Part shown: positions 56,366 to 64,000 of the stretch, piece by piece | How the letters are laid out: each line of letters starts with the position of its first letter | How positions within the stretch are numbered: position 1 is the first letter of the stretch | Assembly (NCBI GenBank): GCA_965240465.1 | Contig: OZ251219.1 | Coordinates: 1,216,001-1,280,000 of the forward strand | Direction: 5' to 3' | From: a bacterium | Lineage (GTDB): Bacteria; SAR324; JACQKK01 | Length of the DNA: 64,000 nt | Translations under genes and position numbers: made by a program | Notes under the pieces: model-generated | What the model saw: only the letters and a program-made list of their open reading frames with translations | Database searches by the model: none | What the model was told of the DNA's origin: nothing

Positions 56366-59059
56366 TTGAGGAGCTATGTTCCCGCCGAGATTGAGCCACG
56401 GATCTACGAAGAATGGTTGCGGGGTAATCATTTTGCTCCTGTTGGGGAGCGAGGAGAGTTAGAGAAGGGTTCTAAATATTTTTGCATTGTTGTTCCTCCC
56501 CCGAATGTTACTGGTTCTCTGCATTTAGGGCATGCTTGGGATAGCACCCTACAGGATATTCTCGTTCGCTGGATGCGGATGGATGGTTGTCCTACGCTTT
56601 GGCTGCCGGGGACTGACCATGCGGGGATTGCTACTCAGTGGATGGTGGAGTCTCAGTTGCAAGAAGAGGGATGCAGTAAGGAGCAGCTGGGGCGAGAAGC
56701 ATTTTTGAAGCGGGTGTGGCAATTTAAGGAGACATCGCAGCAAAATATTACTAATCAATTGAAGCAGCTGGGGGTTTCTTGCGATTGGGGTCGGGAACGC
56801 TTTACGCTGGATGAGACTCTTTCCCGAGCGGTGCGGTGTGCCTTTGTAAAGCTGTATCAGGCGGGGTTGATTTATCGGGGGCTACGGATGGTCAATTGGA
56901 GTCCTCGTTTGAGGTCGGCAGTTTCTGATCTGGAAGTAGAACATCGTGATGTGCAAGGAAGCATGTATCACCTGCTTTATCCCTTTGAAGATGGTCCCCT
57001 ACCAGATGGTCGTCAGGGGGTAGTGATTGCTACCACCCGACCAGAGACCATGCTGGCTGATGGAGCAGTGGCTTTTAATCCCGCTGATGAACGCTATGCG
57101 GGACTGGAAGAAAAAAACTTGATCCTGCCAATCATAAAACGCAAGCTCCCTTTGATAAAAGATGAACAGGTCAAGCAAGATTTTGGCACTGGGGCAGTGA
57201 AAATTTCGGTGGGGCATGATTTCAATGATTTTGAGATCGGCAAACGACATAACATTCCCGTCTATGAAGTGATGGATAAAAAAGGCTGCATGTGCGGTGA
57301 TATTCCTCAGCGATATCAGGGGCTTGATCGTTATGTGGCTCGGAAAAAGATTGTAGCAGAACTTAAAGAGCAGGGGGTACTAGTGAAAATAGAGCCTCAT
57401 GAGCACTCGGTTGGGTATTGTGGTCGGAGTGGGGAGCCTGTGGAGCCTTGTGTTTCTACTCAATGGTTTGTGAGTACCAAGGATATGGCAATTCAAGCTC
57501 TGGAAGTAGTTAATAGCAGGCGAGTTAGGTTAATCCCTCAATTTCAGGAAAAAATATTCGCTGAATGGATGGATAACATTCAAGAGTGGTGTATTTCGCG
57601 TCAGCTTTGGTGGGGACATCGCATTCCCGCTTGGTACTGTGAGGACTGCAAAGGGGTAACCGTGGCTGAAGACATTCCTAATTGTTGTCAGCATTGTCAA
57701 TCCAAGCAAATAGAGCAGGATAGGGATGTACTGGATACTTGGTTTAGCTCGTCCCTGTGGCCTTTCAGCGTTATGGGTTGGCCTGAGGAAACTTCCGACC
57801 TAAAAACCTTCTTTCCCACTACGGTGCTAGTTACTGGGTATGACATCCTATTCTTCTGGGTAGCCCGAATGATAATGATGTCCTTACAGCTGTTGGAGAC
57901 CATCCCTTTTGATGAAGTACTGCTGCACGGCTTGCTACGGGATGAAAAAGGAATAAAAATGTCAAAAACCAAGGGCAATGGACTTGACCCCTTAAAGCTA
58001 ATCAACATCCATGGTGCCGATGCCCTAAGGATGGCTCTGGCAGCTGGCACCAACCTTGGACATGACATGTCGCTGGCGGAAAGCTCTTGTGAGGCGATGC
58101 GGAATTTTGTCAACAAGCTTTGGAATGCCTCTCGTTTTGTTTTGGGTCATAAGGAGCGTCTGGGAGAGCCACCTGCTCTTATGTCTGCTCTTACGTCTGA
58201 TGTGTCTGCTCTACCTGAGTTTCCTTTGTTTGAGGCTTGGATTTTTTCCCGTTTGCAACAGGTGACCGTAGAAACTCGCCAGTTTTTAGAGGCTAGGCGT
58301 TTTAATGAAGCTGCCAAGCTTTTGTATAATTTCGTTTGGCGTGAGTACTGCGATTGGTACTTGGAATCGGTCAAGCCGACTCTTCTTTCGGACAAGGAGG
58401 TGTTTCGGCAGGCGGGGTGGGCGGTATCTCATCAGGTATTGGTGGAGGTGCTGAAGCTATTGCATCCTTTTATTCCCTTTGTGACGGAGCATTTATGGGG
58501 GATCCTCCAGCCTCAGGCAAAACCCCTGATCATGTGTACCTATCCTCAAGGTATGGAGTTAGCTAAGCAGCCTGATAGCTTGCGGCGAACCGCTAAGGAA
58601 GCCGATCGCCTTATCGCAGTGATAAGGGAAGTACGCACCGTCCGCAGTGAGAGCGTAGTGCCTCCTCAGGCGAGGATCCCCGTTCAGATTAGCAGTGCCG
58701 ATGAGGATATTTGTCAGCTACTGGAGCGACACAAAGCCTTATTTATGAATTTAGCCAAGTTGAGCTCGGTGGGATTTGGGGGTCAGGACACCAAAAACTG
58801 GGTGCGTGGAGTAGGAGACGGATTTGAAGTGGCTTTGTGCTTGGAGGGGGTGATGGATACAGCCAAAGAGCTACAGAGATTGGAAAAAGAAAAGATAAAA
58901 TTGTATGCTGAACTTCAGCAAGTGCGTATCAAGTTAGAAAATAAGTTATTTATGAGTAAAGCTCCTCCGCTGGTGGTGAAGAAAAATCGTGAACGCAATG
59001 ATTCTCTGAAAACCCAATTATCTAAGCTAGACCGCAGCTTAAGAAGATTATCCACTTGA
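56366..59059 (+). CDS. valS: Valine--tRNA ligase
   Basis: PPPNVTGSLHLGHA, GTDHAGIATQ, WCISRQLWWGHRIP and KMSKT motifs. Confidence 0.98.
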   Translation: MRSYVPAEIEPRIYEEWLRGNHFAPVGERGELEKGSKYFCIVVPPPNVTGSLHLGHAWDSTLQDILVRWMRMDGCPTLWLPGTDHAGIATQWMVESQLQEEGCSKEQLGREAFLKRVWQFKETSQQNITNQLKQLGVSCDWGRERFTLDETLSRAVRCAFVKLYQAGLIYRGLRMVNWSPRLRSAVSDLEVEHRDVQGSMYHLLYPFEDGPLPDGRQGVVIATTRPETMLADGAVAFNPADERYAGLEEKNLILPIIKRKLPLIKDEQVKQDFGTGAVKISVGHDFNDFEIGKRHNIPVYEVMDKKGCMCGDIPQRYQGLDRYVARKKIVAELKEQGVLVKIEPHEHSVGYCGRSGEPVEPCVSTQWFVSTKDMAIQALEVVNSRRVRLIPQFQEKIFAEWMDNIQEWCISRQLWWGHRIPAWYCEDCKGVTVAEDIPNCCQHCQSKQIEQDRDVLDTWFSSSLWPFSVMGWPEETSDLKTFFPTTVLVTGYDILFFWVARMIMMSLQLLETIPFDEVLLHGLLRDEKGIKMSKTKGNGLDPLKLINIHGADALRMALAAGTNLGHDMSLAESSCEAMRNFVNKLWNASRFVLGHKERLGEPPALMSALTSDVSALPEFPLFEAWIFSRLQQVTVETRQFLEARRFNEAAKLLYNFVWREYCDWYLESVKPTLLSDKEVFRQAGWAVSHQVLVEVLKLLHPFIPFVTEHLWGILQPQAKPLIMCTYPQGMELAKQPDSLRRTAKEADRLIAVIREVRTVRSESVVPPQARIPVQISSADEDICQLLERHKALFMNLAKLSSVGFGGQDTKNWVRGVGDGFEVALCLEGVMDTAKELQRLEKEKIKLYAELQQVRIKLENKLFMSKAPPLVVKKNRERNDSLKTQLSKLDRSLRRLST

Positions 59060-59080
59060 GCAGAGTACAAGAGTAGTCAT

Positions 59081-59152
59081 TGTTTCACCTATGTTTCACT
59101 TAGCTTTTACCTATGTTTCACTTAGCTTTCACCTATGTTTCACCTAAGTTTC
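59081..59152. repeat. Tandem repeat of alternating 11-bp monomers TTTCACCTATG / TTTCACTTAGC
   Basis: Read directly from the sequence. Confidence 0.85.
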
Positions 59153-59268
59153 CCTGAATTTTTGAGTAGTAGCTGATGAGTTGGATTATCGGAATTGTGG
59201 GGGTAATGTTAATATCTCATTGGTATTTTCATCGTGGCTTGAGTGCTAGTAGGCGGTCTCCAGATCGC

Positions 59269-60708
59269 TCACCCTCCAAAAAATGAGCCTGAAAAGGATT
59301 TGATTCTCTCGATGCGTCCGCTCTTGCGGACATTATGTATTGGCAATCTTGGTTTCTTTCTTTTTAACATGTCTTCAACACTCAATCCTTGTATCACGGG
59401 ATATGTCCCTGCACTATCAGAAAACACTTCCTTGTTTCGGTTGTTTTCTACCGTTTTCATGTACTTTTCAAAGCAGATCATTACTCCAGCAAGGGCATTG
59501 AATTCTTTAACCGTGGAATATAATCGCCCTACCGCGTCTGGAGTAACTCCTCCTCCCTTTACTTGAATAATGACAATCTCTTTTTTAGGCTTCTTGCCAA
59601 AATTGAAGGGATAGGTTTCCAATATTCCATCAACGCCCCCATCAGCACCTTTATCTCCTGGATTATGGTACATCCCACTGGCTCCGATGTAACCACAGAC
59701 CCATTTCTCAAATTCAAACTTGTCTTGCTCGGCTAATTTAATGGCTTCTGTGGTGGTTGTCGGGGTACCATATAATTTTATATTCAGTCCCTGAAAATTA
59801 CTTGTCAGTCTTTCATTGACTAAGCCAGTAGAGAATTTGGATATGTCAATGCCGATCCATTGGCGTTTTAGTTTTTCTGCTGCGTGAAGAGTAGTGCCAC
59901 AGCCGCAAAAGGGGTCAAGGATGAGATCGCCCTTATTTGAAGAAGCCTTAATGATGCGGTCCATAAGAGATAGCGGCTTTTGGGTCGGGTAGCCAAGACG
60001 TTCTTTTTCTTGAGAATTTAATGCTTGTATATCTGTCCAAACATCCATCGGCAATTTTTTATCATCATCTTTTGTTATCCTTGCTCCTTTAAATTGTGCT
60101 CTTCGAATAGATTTTTCTGTTCTGCTTACTTTTACTCTTTGAAGGTTTATCTCGTAGTTTTTACTTTTAGAATAAATAAATATCGTGTCATGCTTTTTTG
60201 CAAACCATTTCTCACATGCTCCACCTGTTTGATAATGCCAAATAATTTCATTCCTAAAATTACCAGCCCCGAAAATAGCATCCATCAAGAGCTTTATGTA
60301 ATGACTGGCGGTCGGGTCACAATGCAGGTAAATGCTGCCCGTCCCCTTTAGTACCCGATGCATTTGGACCAAGCGGAGTGCCATGTTGGTAAGATAGGCA
60401 GCTAGGCTTACCTTCCCAAGTGATTTATTGATCTGATCCGATAAAGACACAATATCAGCCAGTATTCTTGTTTTGGGACCTTTCTTAAGTTGCTCAAGAA
60501 TCTCTATTTCTGTTTCACCCCAATCCCAAGTGTCTTTGAAGGCTTCTACTGCCTTGATATCTTTGCCGAGTTTCTTAAACGGAAGATTGTAAGTACTATT
60601 TGAATTGAAGGGAGGGTCAAGGTAGATTAAATCAACGCTTCCAGTTGGTAATGCCAGTTCATCATTTAAGGTGTTTAGACAATCATCAGCATAAAGTTCT
60701 CGTTTCAT
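59269..60708 (-). CDS. Beta-class DNA methyltransferase fused to Mrr-like PD-(D/E)XK domain, copy 1
   Basis: DPPF, GYPTQKP and DPFCGCGTT motifs; C-terminal FEFE...ADGGVDG...IQVK. Confidence 0.9.
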   Translation of the reverse strand: MKRELYADDCLNTLNDELALPTGSVDLIYLDPPFNSNSTYNLPFKKLGKDIKAVEAFKDTWDWGETEIEILEQLKKGPKTRILADIVSLSDQINKSLGKVSLAAYLTNMALRLVQMHRVLKGTGSIYLHCDPTASHYIKLLMDAIFGAGNFRNEIIWHYQTGGACEKWFAKKHDTIFIYSKSKNYEINLQRVKVSRTEKSIRRAQFKGARITKDDDKKLPMDVWTDIQALNSQEKERLGYPTQKPLSLMDRIIKASSNKGDLILDPFCGCGTTLHAAEKLKRQWIGIDISKFSTGLVNERLTSNFQGLNIKLYGTPTTTTEAIKLAEQDKFEFEKWVCGYIGASGMYHNPGDKGADGGVDGILETYPFNFGKKPKKEIVIIQVKGGGVTPDAVGRLYSTVKEFNALAGVMICFEKYMKTVENNRNKEVFSDSAGTYPVIQGLSVEDMLKRKKPRLPIHNVRKSGRIERIKSFSGSFFGG

Positions 60709-60772
60709 TTTGGTATCCTTATTTCTTTTAACCAGGGGGACATCTTCGCCAAAAGGATCGCAACGCCAGCAG

Positions 60773-60856
60773 TGCCCAAGAGAGGACTTGAACCTCCACT
60801 AGTGTTACCTCACTAGAACCCGAATCTAGTGCGTCTGCCAATTCTGCCACTTAGGC
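60773..60856 (-). tRNA. tRNA-Leu-derived copy with CGG (Pro) anticodon; possibly a pseudo-tRNA
   Basis: 84-nt type II cloverleaf, 5 substitutions versus the 62423-62506 copy; anticodon loop TTCGGGT; discriminator A. Confidence 0.8.
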
Positions 60857-60867
60857 TGACAGCCCTC

Positions 60868-60896
60868 ATTATGTCAGGGGAGTTATCAAGCAGCAA
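60868..60896 (-). promoter_or_regulatory. Putative promoter TTGCTG-N17-CATAAT (cassette 1)
   Basis: Identical in both cassettes, immediately upstream of the tRNA. Confidence 0.5.
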
Positions 60897-60933
60897 GTAT
60901 TTGTGTTTTAGTGCTTAATTTATTGTATAGCCA

Positions 60934-62364
60934 TTATTTGATCCCCTTGATGCGTCCGCTCTTGCGAGTATAACTTGCGGGCAATCTTGGTTTCTTTCTT
61001 TTTAACATGTCTTCAATGCTTAATCCCTGTATTACTGGATAGCTTCCAACACTGTCGTGAAACTTTTCCTTGTTTCGGTTGTTTTCCACCGTTTTCATGT
61101 ACTTTTCAAAGCAGATCATTACTCCAGCAAGGGCGTTGAATTCTTTAACCGTGGAATATAATCGCCCTACCGCGTCTGGAGTAACTCCTCCTCCCTTTAC
61201 TTGAATAATGACAGTTTCTTTTTCAGGATTCTTGCCAAAATTGATTGTATAAATTTCCAATACTCCATCAACGCCTCCATCAGCACCTTTATCTCCTGGA
61301 TTGTGGTACATCCCATTGGCTCCGATGTGACCACAGACCCATTTCTCAAATTCAAACTTGTCTTGCTTGGCTAATTCCATGGCTTCTGTGGTGGTTGTCG
61401 GGGTACCATATAATTTTATATTCAGTCCCTGAAAATTACTTGTCAGTCTTTCATTGACTAAACCATTAGAGAATTTGGATATGTCAATGCCGATCCATTG
61501 GCGTTTTAGTTTTTCTGCTGCGTGAAGAGTAGTGCCACAGCCGCAAAAGGGGTCAAGGATGAGATCACCCTTATTTGAAGAAGCCTTAATGATACGCTCC
61601 ATAAGAGCTAGCGGCTTTTGGGTTGGGTAGCCAAGATGCTCTTTTTTACTTTTAATATGAGGAATATCCCAAACGGTGTCAGGTATTTTTCCATTCTTGG
61701 TAAGGTAGCCTGCCTCACCTTCCTGCCTAGTGAAACCAGCACCCCCGTACTTTGCACGTGATAAGGTACTCTTAGCATAAGGGATTAATACATCCTGATG
61801 ATTAAATATGAAGTTTTTACTCTTTGTGTATCTGAATAACACATCATGTTTTTTGGGAAAATCTGTTTCGGTTCTACTCATACTAGGGTAGTGCCAAATA
61901 ATTTCATTCCTAAAATTACCAGCCCCGAAAATAGCATCCATCAAGAGCTTTAGATAATGACTGGCGGTCGGGTCACAATGCAGGTAAATGCTACCCGTCC
62001 CCTTTAGTACCCGATGCATTTGGACCAAGCGGAGTGCCATGTTGATAAGGTAGGCAGGCAGGCTTATCTTGCCAAGTGATTTATTCACCTGATCCGATAA
62101 AGACACAATATCAGCTAGTATTTTTGTTTGAGGACTCTTTTTAAGTTGCTCAATAATCTCTATTTCTGTTTCACCCCAATCCCAAGTGTCCTTGAAGGCC
62201 TCTACCGCTCGGACATTTTCTCTGAATTTCTTAAACGGAAGATTGTAAGTACTATTTGAATTGAAGGGAGGGTCAAGATAGATTAAATCAACGCTTTCAG
62301 TTGGTAATGCCAGTTCATCATTTAAGATGTTTAGACAATCATCAGCATAAAGTTCTTGTTTCAC
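60934..62364 (-). CDS. Beta-class DNA methyltransferase fused to Mrr-like PD-(D/E)XK domain, copy 2
   Basis: Same motifs as copy 1; different central target-recognition segment. Confidence 0.9.
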   Translation of the reverse strand: MKQELYADDCLNILNDELALPTESVDLIYLDPPFNSNSTYNLPFKKFRENVRAVEAFKDTWDWGETEIEIIEQLKKSPQTKILADIVSLSDQVNKSLGKISLPAYLINMALRLVQMHRVLKGTGSIYLHCDPTASHYLKLLMDAIFGAGNFRNEIIWHYPSMSRTETDFPKKHDVLFRYTKSKNFIFNHQDVLIPYAKSTLSRAKYGGAGFTRQEGEAGYLTKNGKIPDTVWDIPHIKSKKEHLGYPTQKPLALMERIIKASSNKGDLILDPFCGCGTTLHAAEKLKRQWIGIDISKFSNGLVNERLTSNFQGLNIKLYGTPTTTTEAMELAKQDKFEFEKWVCGHIGANGMYHNPGDKGADGGVDGVLEIYTINFGKNPEKETVIIQVKGGGVTPDAVGRLYSTVKEFNALAGVMICFEKYMKTVENNRNKEKFHDSVGSYPVIQGLSIEDMLKRKKPRLPASYTRKSGRIKGIK

Positions 62365-62422
62365 GTCCTTATTTCTTTTAACTAGGGGGATATTTTCGCC
62401 AAAAGGATCGCAACGCCAGCAG

Positions 62423-62506
62423 TGCCCAAGAGAGGACTTGAACCTCCACGAGTGTTACCTCACTAGAACCTGAATCTAGCGCGTCTGCCAATTCCGCCAC
62501 TTGGGC
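62423..62506 (-). tRNA. tRNA-Leu(CAG)
   Basis: GCCCAAG/CTTGGGC acceptor stem, CTAGA-TTCAGGT-TCTAG anticodon arm, long variable arm, GGTTCAAGTCC T-arm. Confidence 0.96.
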
Positions 62507-62517
62507 TGACGGTTTTC

Positions 62518-62546
62518 ATTATGTCAGGGGAGTTATCAAGCAGCAA
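62518..62546 (-). promoter_or_regulatory. Putative promoter TTGCTG-N17-CATAAT (cassette 2)
   Basis: Upstream of tRNA-Leu(CAG). Confidence 0.5.
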
Positions 62547-62738
62547 GTATTTGTGTTTTAGGACTTAATTTATTGGCTCGGTATGGTTGATGGCTAGGTG
62601 GTTTAAATTATTTTTATAAGCGTTGACAAAGGGCGTCTTCTGCTGTTGTGATGTGCGTGGGGGTTGAGTTGGGGGGTTGGGGGGTTGGGTGAGTCAGCCT
62701 GTGTACTAGTTATGTAGGACACCTTTATTCCTTAAAGC

Positions 62739-62954
62739 ATGGGAGTTGTTATAATGACGATGGATCCGTCCAAATGGATAAAAGTTGAGGGCCTGAGTGC
62801 AGAGGCAAAAGAGAAGATCAATCAGCGTTATCCTCATTTACAGTTGAATAATTGCCAATTTCAAGAAAAGCCCACTGGGGTTTTTGTACGGCAGGAAAAT
62901 AGTGTCAAGGTGGAAAAATTGCTAGATCCGCCTAGCATTCCTGTTGGTAGTTGA
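62739..62954 (+). CDS. Small hypothetical protein
   Basis: 71-aa ATG ORF with natural-looking composition; start uncertain. Confidence 0.4.
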   Translation: MGVVIMTMDPSKWIKVEGLSAEAKEKINQRYPHLQLNNCQFQEKPTGVFVRQENSVKVEKLLDPPSIPVGS

Positions 62955-63180
62955 CAACCGATAAATTGATAGCTGCAAGAAATTGGTGGCTGCAAGAAAT
63001 TGGTGGTTGCAAGAAATTGGTGATTAATTGCAGAGAAACAGGTTCTGTATTCGCTCGGTACTTCTGGGTGTCAATGGAGGTTCTTGGTGAGGAAAAGTTC
63101 GGGGGGGGGGCTTTATGGGCTAGCATTGTTTGGCTATCTGGAGTAGGATGCTGGGTGGCTTAAGCGGACTTTATTGGAGT

Positions 63181-63254
63181 GCGTCCGTAGCTCAGCTGGA
63201 TAGAGCAATGGCCTTCGAAGCCATGTGTCGCAGGTTCGAATCCTGCCGGACGCG
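63181..63254 (+). tRNA. tRNA-Arg(TCG)
   Basis: GCGTCCG/CGGACGC acceptor stem, ATGGC-CTTCGAA-GCCAT anticodon arm, GGTTCGAATCC T-arm. Confidence 0.96.
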
Positions 63255-63306
63255 TATTTTTTTGAGGTTGAGAGTAGGCTTGATAACTAGTGTTTCGCAA
63301 ATAAAG

Positions 63307-63390
<84 letters not shown>

Positions 63391-63452
63391 TTGTTTTTCC
63401 AGCCTGATTGGCACATCGCGAACCGATAGCATATATTTTCAAGGAAAAAACC

Positions 63453-64000
63453 ATGTCTCCAGCTTCTCCGCCATCCTCTTCTCCGCCATCCTCTTCTCCG
63501 CCATCCTCGGAATCGGGGTCTGAATTTGCAGTCGGCATGCGGGTGAAGGTCTTAAATAATAAGCGATTACAAAGGGTACTACATATTGATGCCCCCTTAG
63601 AGCGAGTACAAAAAGCATACAATGACGTCTACGATAACTTGAAAAAAAACATGCGAGTGCCTGGATTTCGGGCAGGAAGATTTCCTAAGGAAATGGCTAA
63701 TAAACGCTTTCGTGAGGTGATGTCGCAAAAAGTTTTAGGAGGCTTGGCACCTAAGTATTTTCAAGCTGCGATAGAACAATTGAAGTTATCTCCAGCCACT
63801 CCGCCTAGCTTTTCCAAGCTGGAGGTAGATATCCAAAAACCGCTCTCTTTTGAAGTGGAATTTGAAGTAGTCCCAGAATTTCGGCTGCTGGACCCCAGCA
63901 AGTTTAAGCTAAAAAGAGAATCCCTCCCCCCAGCTGAACCAGCAGAAATAGATGGACAAATTGATAAACTGCGGCGAGAAAAAGCTCAGTTTAAGCCAAG
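63453..64000 (+). CDS. tig: Trigger factor (3' partial; not in ORF track)
   Basis: Manual translation gives MSPASPPSSSPPSSSPP...KKNMRVPGFRAGRFP...FEVEFEVVPEF; follows tRNA-Leu as is common. Confidence 0.9.
   Translation, partial: MSPASPPSSSPPSSSPPSSESGSEFAVGMRVKVLNNKRLQRVLHIDAPLERVQKAYNDVYDNLKKNMRVPGFRAGRFPKEMANKRFREVMSQKVLGGLAPKYFQAAIEQLKLSPATPPSFSKLEVDIQKPLSFEVEFEVVPEFRLLDPSKFKLKRESLPPAEPAEIDGQIDKLRREKAQFKP

Noticed and set aside
60773-62506. Duplicated tRNA as attL/attR of an integrated element
   Set aside because: The whole tRNA, its promoter and the MTase gene are all duplicated and there is no integrase; tandem cassette duplication fits better.

Overview
Core-chromosome window of a bacterium. 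The gene complement suggests a delta-proteobacterial-like lineage such as SAR324, possibly host-associated; this taxonomy is a weak inference. Housekeeping content: a ccm cytochrome c maturation cluster lacking ccmB/ccmD, pyrD, mpl, zapB, guaA, two GT4 glycosyltransferases, VKOR-Trx, lolA, serC, lysS, the rimP-nusA-infB-rbfA-truB-(insert)-rpsO-pnp operon, valS, four tRNA genes and a partial tig. Main unusual observations: (1) A PpsA with intact ATP-grasp and phospho-His domains but a dead pyruvate/PEP domain lies about 9 kb from a PpdK with the reciprocal defect. (2) A tandem-duplicated promoter-tRNA-Leu-methyltransferase/Mrr cassette has swapped target-recognition domains, and one tRNA-Leu copy now carries a Pro (CGG) anticodon. 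(3) Short tandem repeats are pervasive, codon-length inside genes and mostly 11/13/14-bp outside, and some have higher-order structure. (4) G/T versus C/A strand skew forms a kilobase-scale sawtooth independent of gene direction. (5) Solitary phage structural-like genes (capsid-like, HP1/K139-type baseplate-hub-like) sit among housekeeping genes. All family calls are from motif recognition by eye; no database searches were run.
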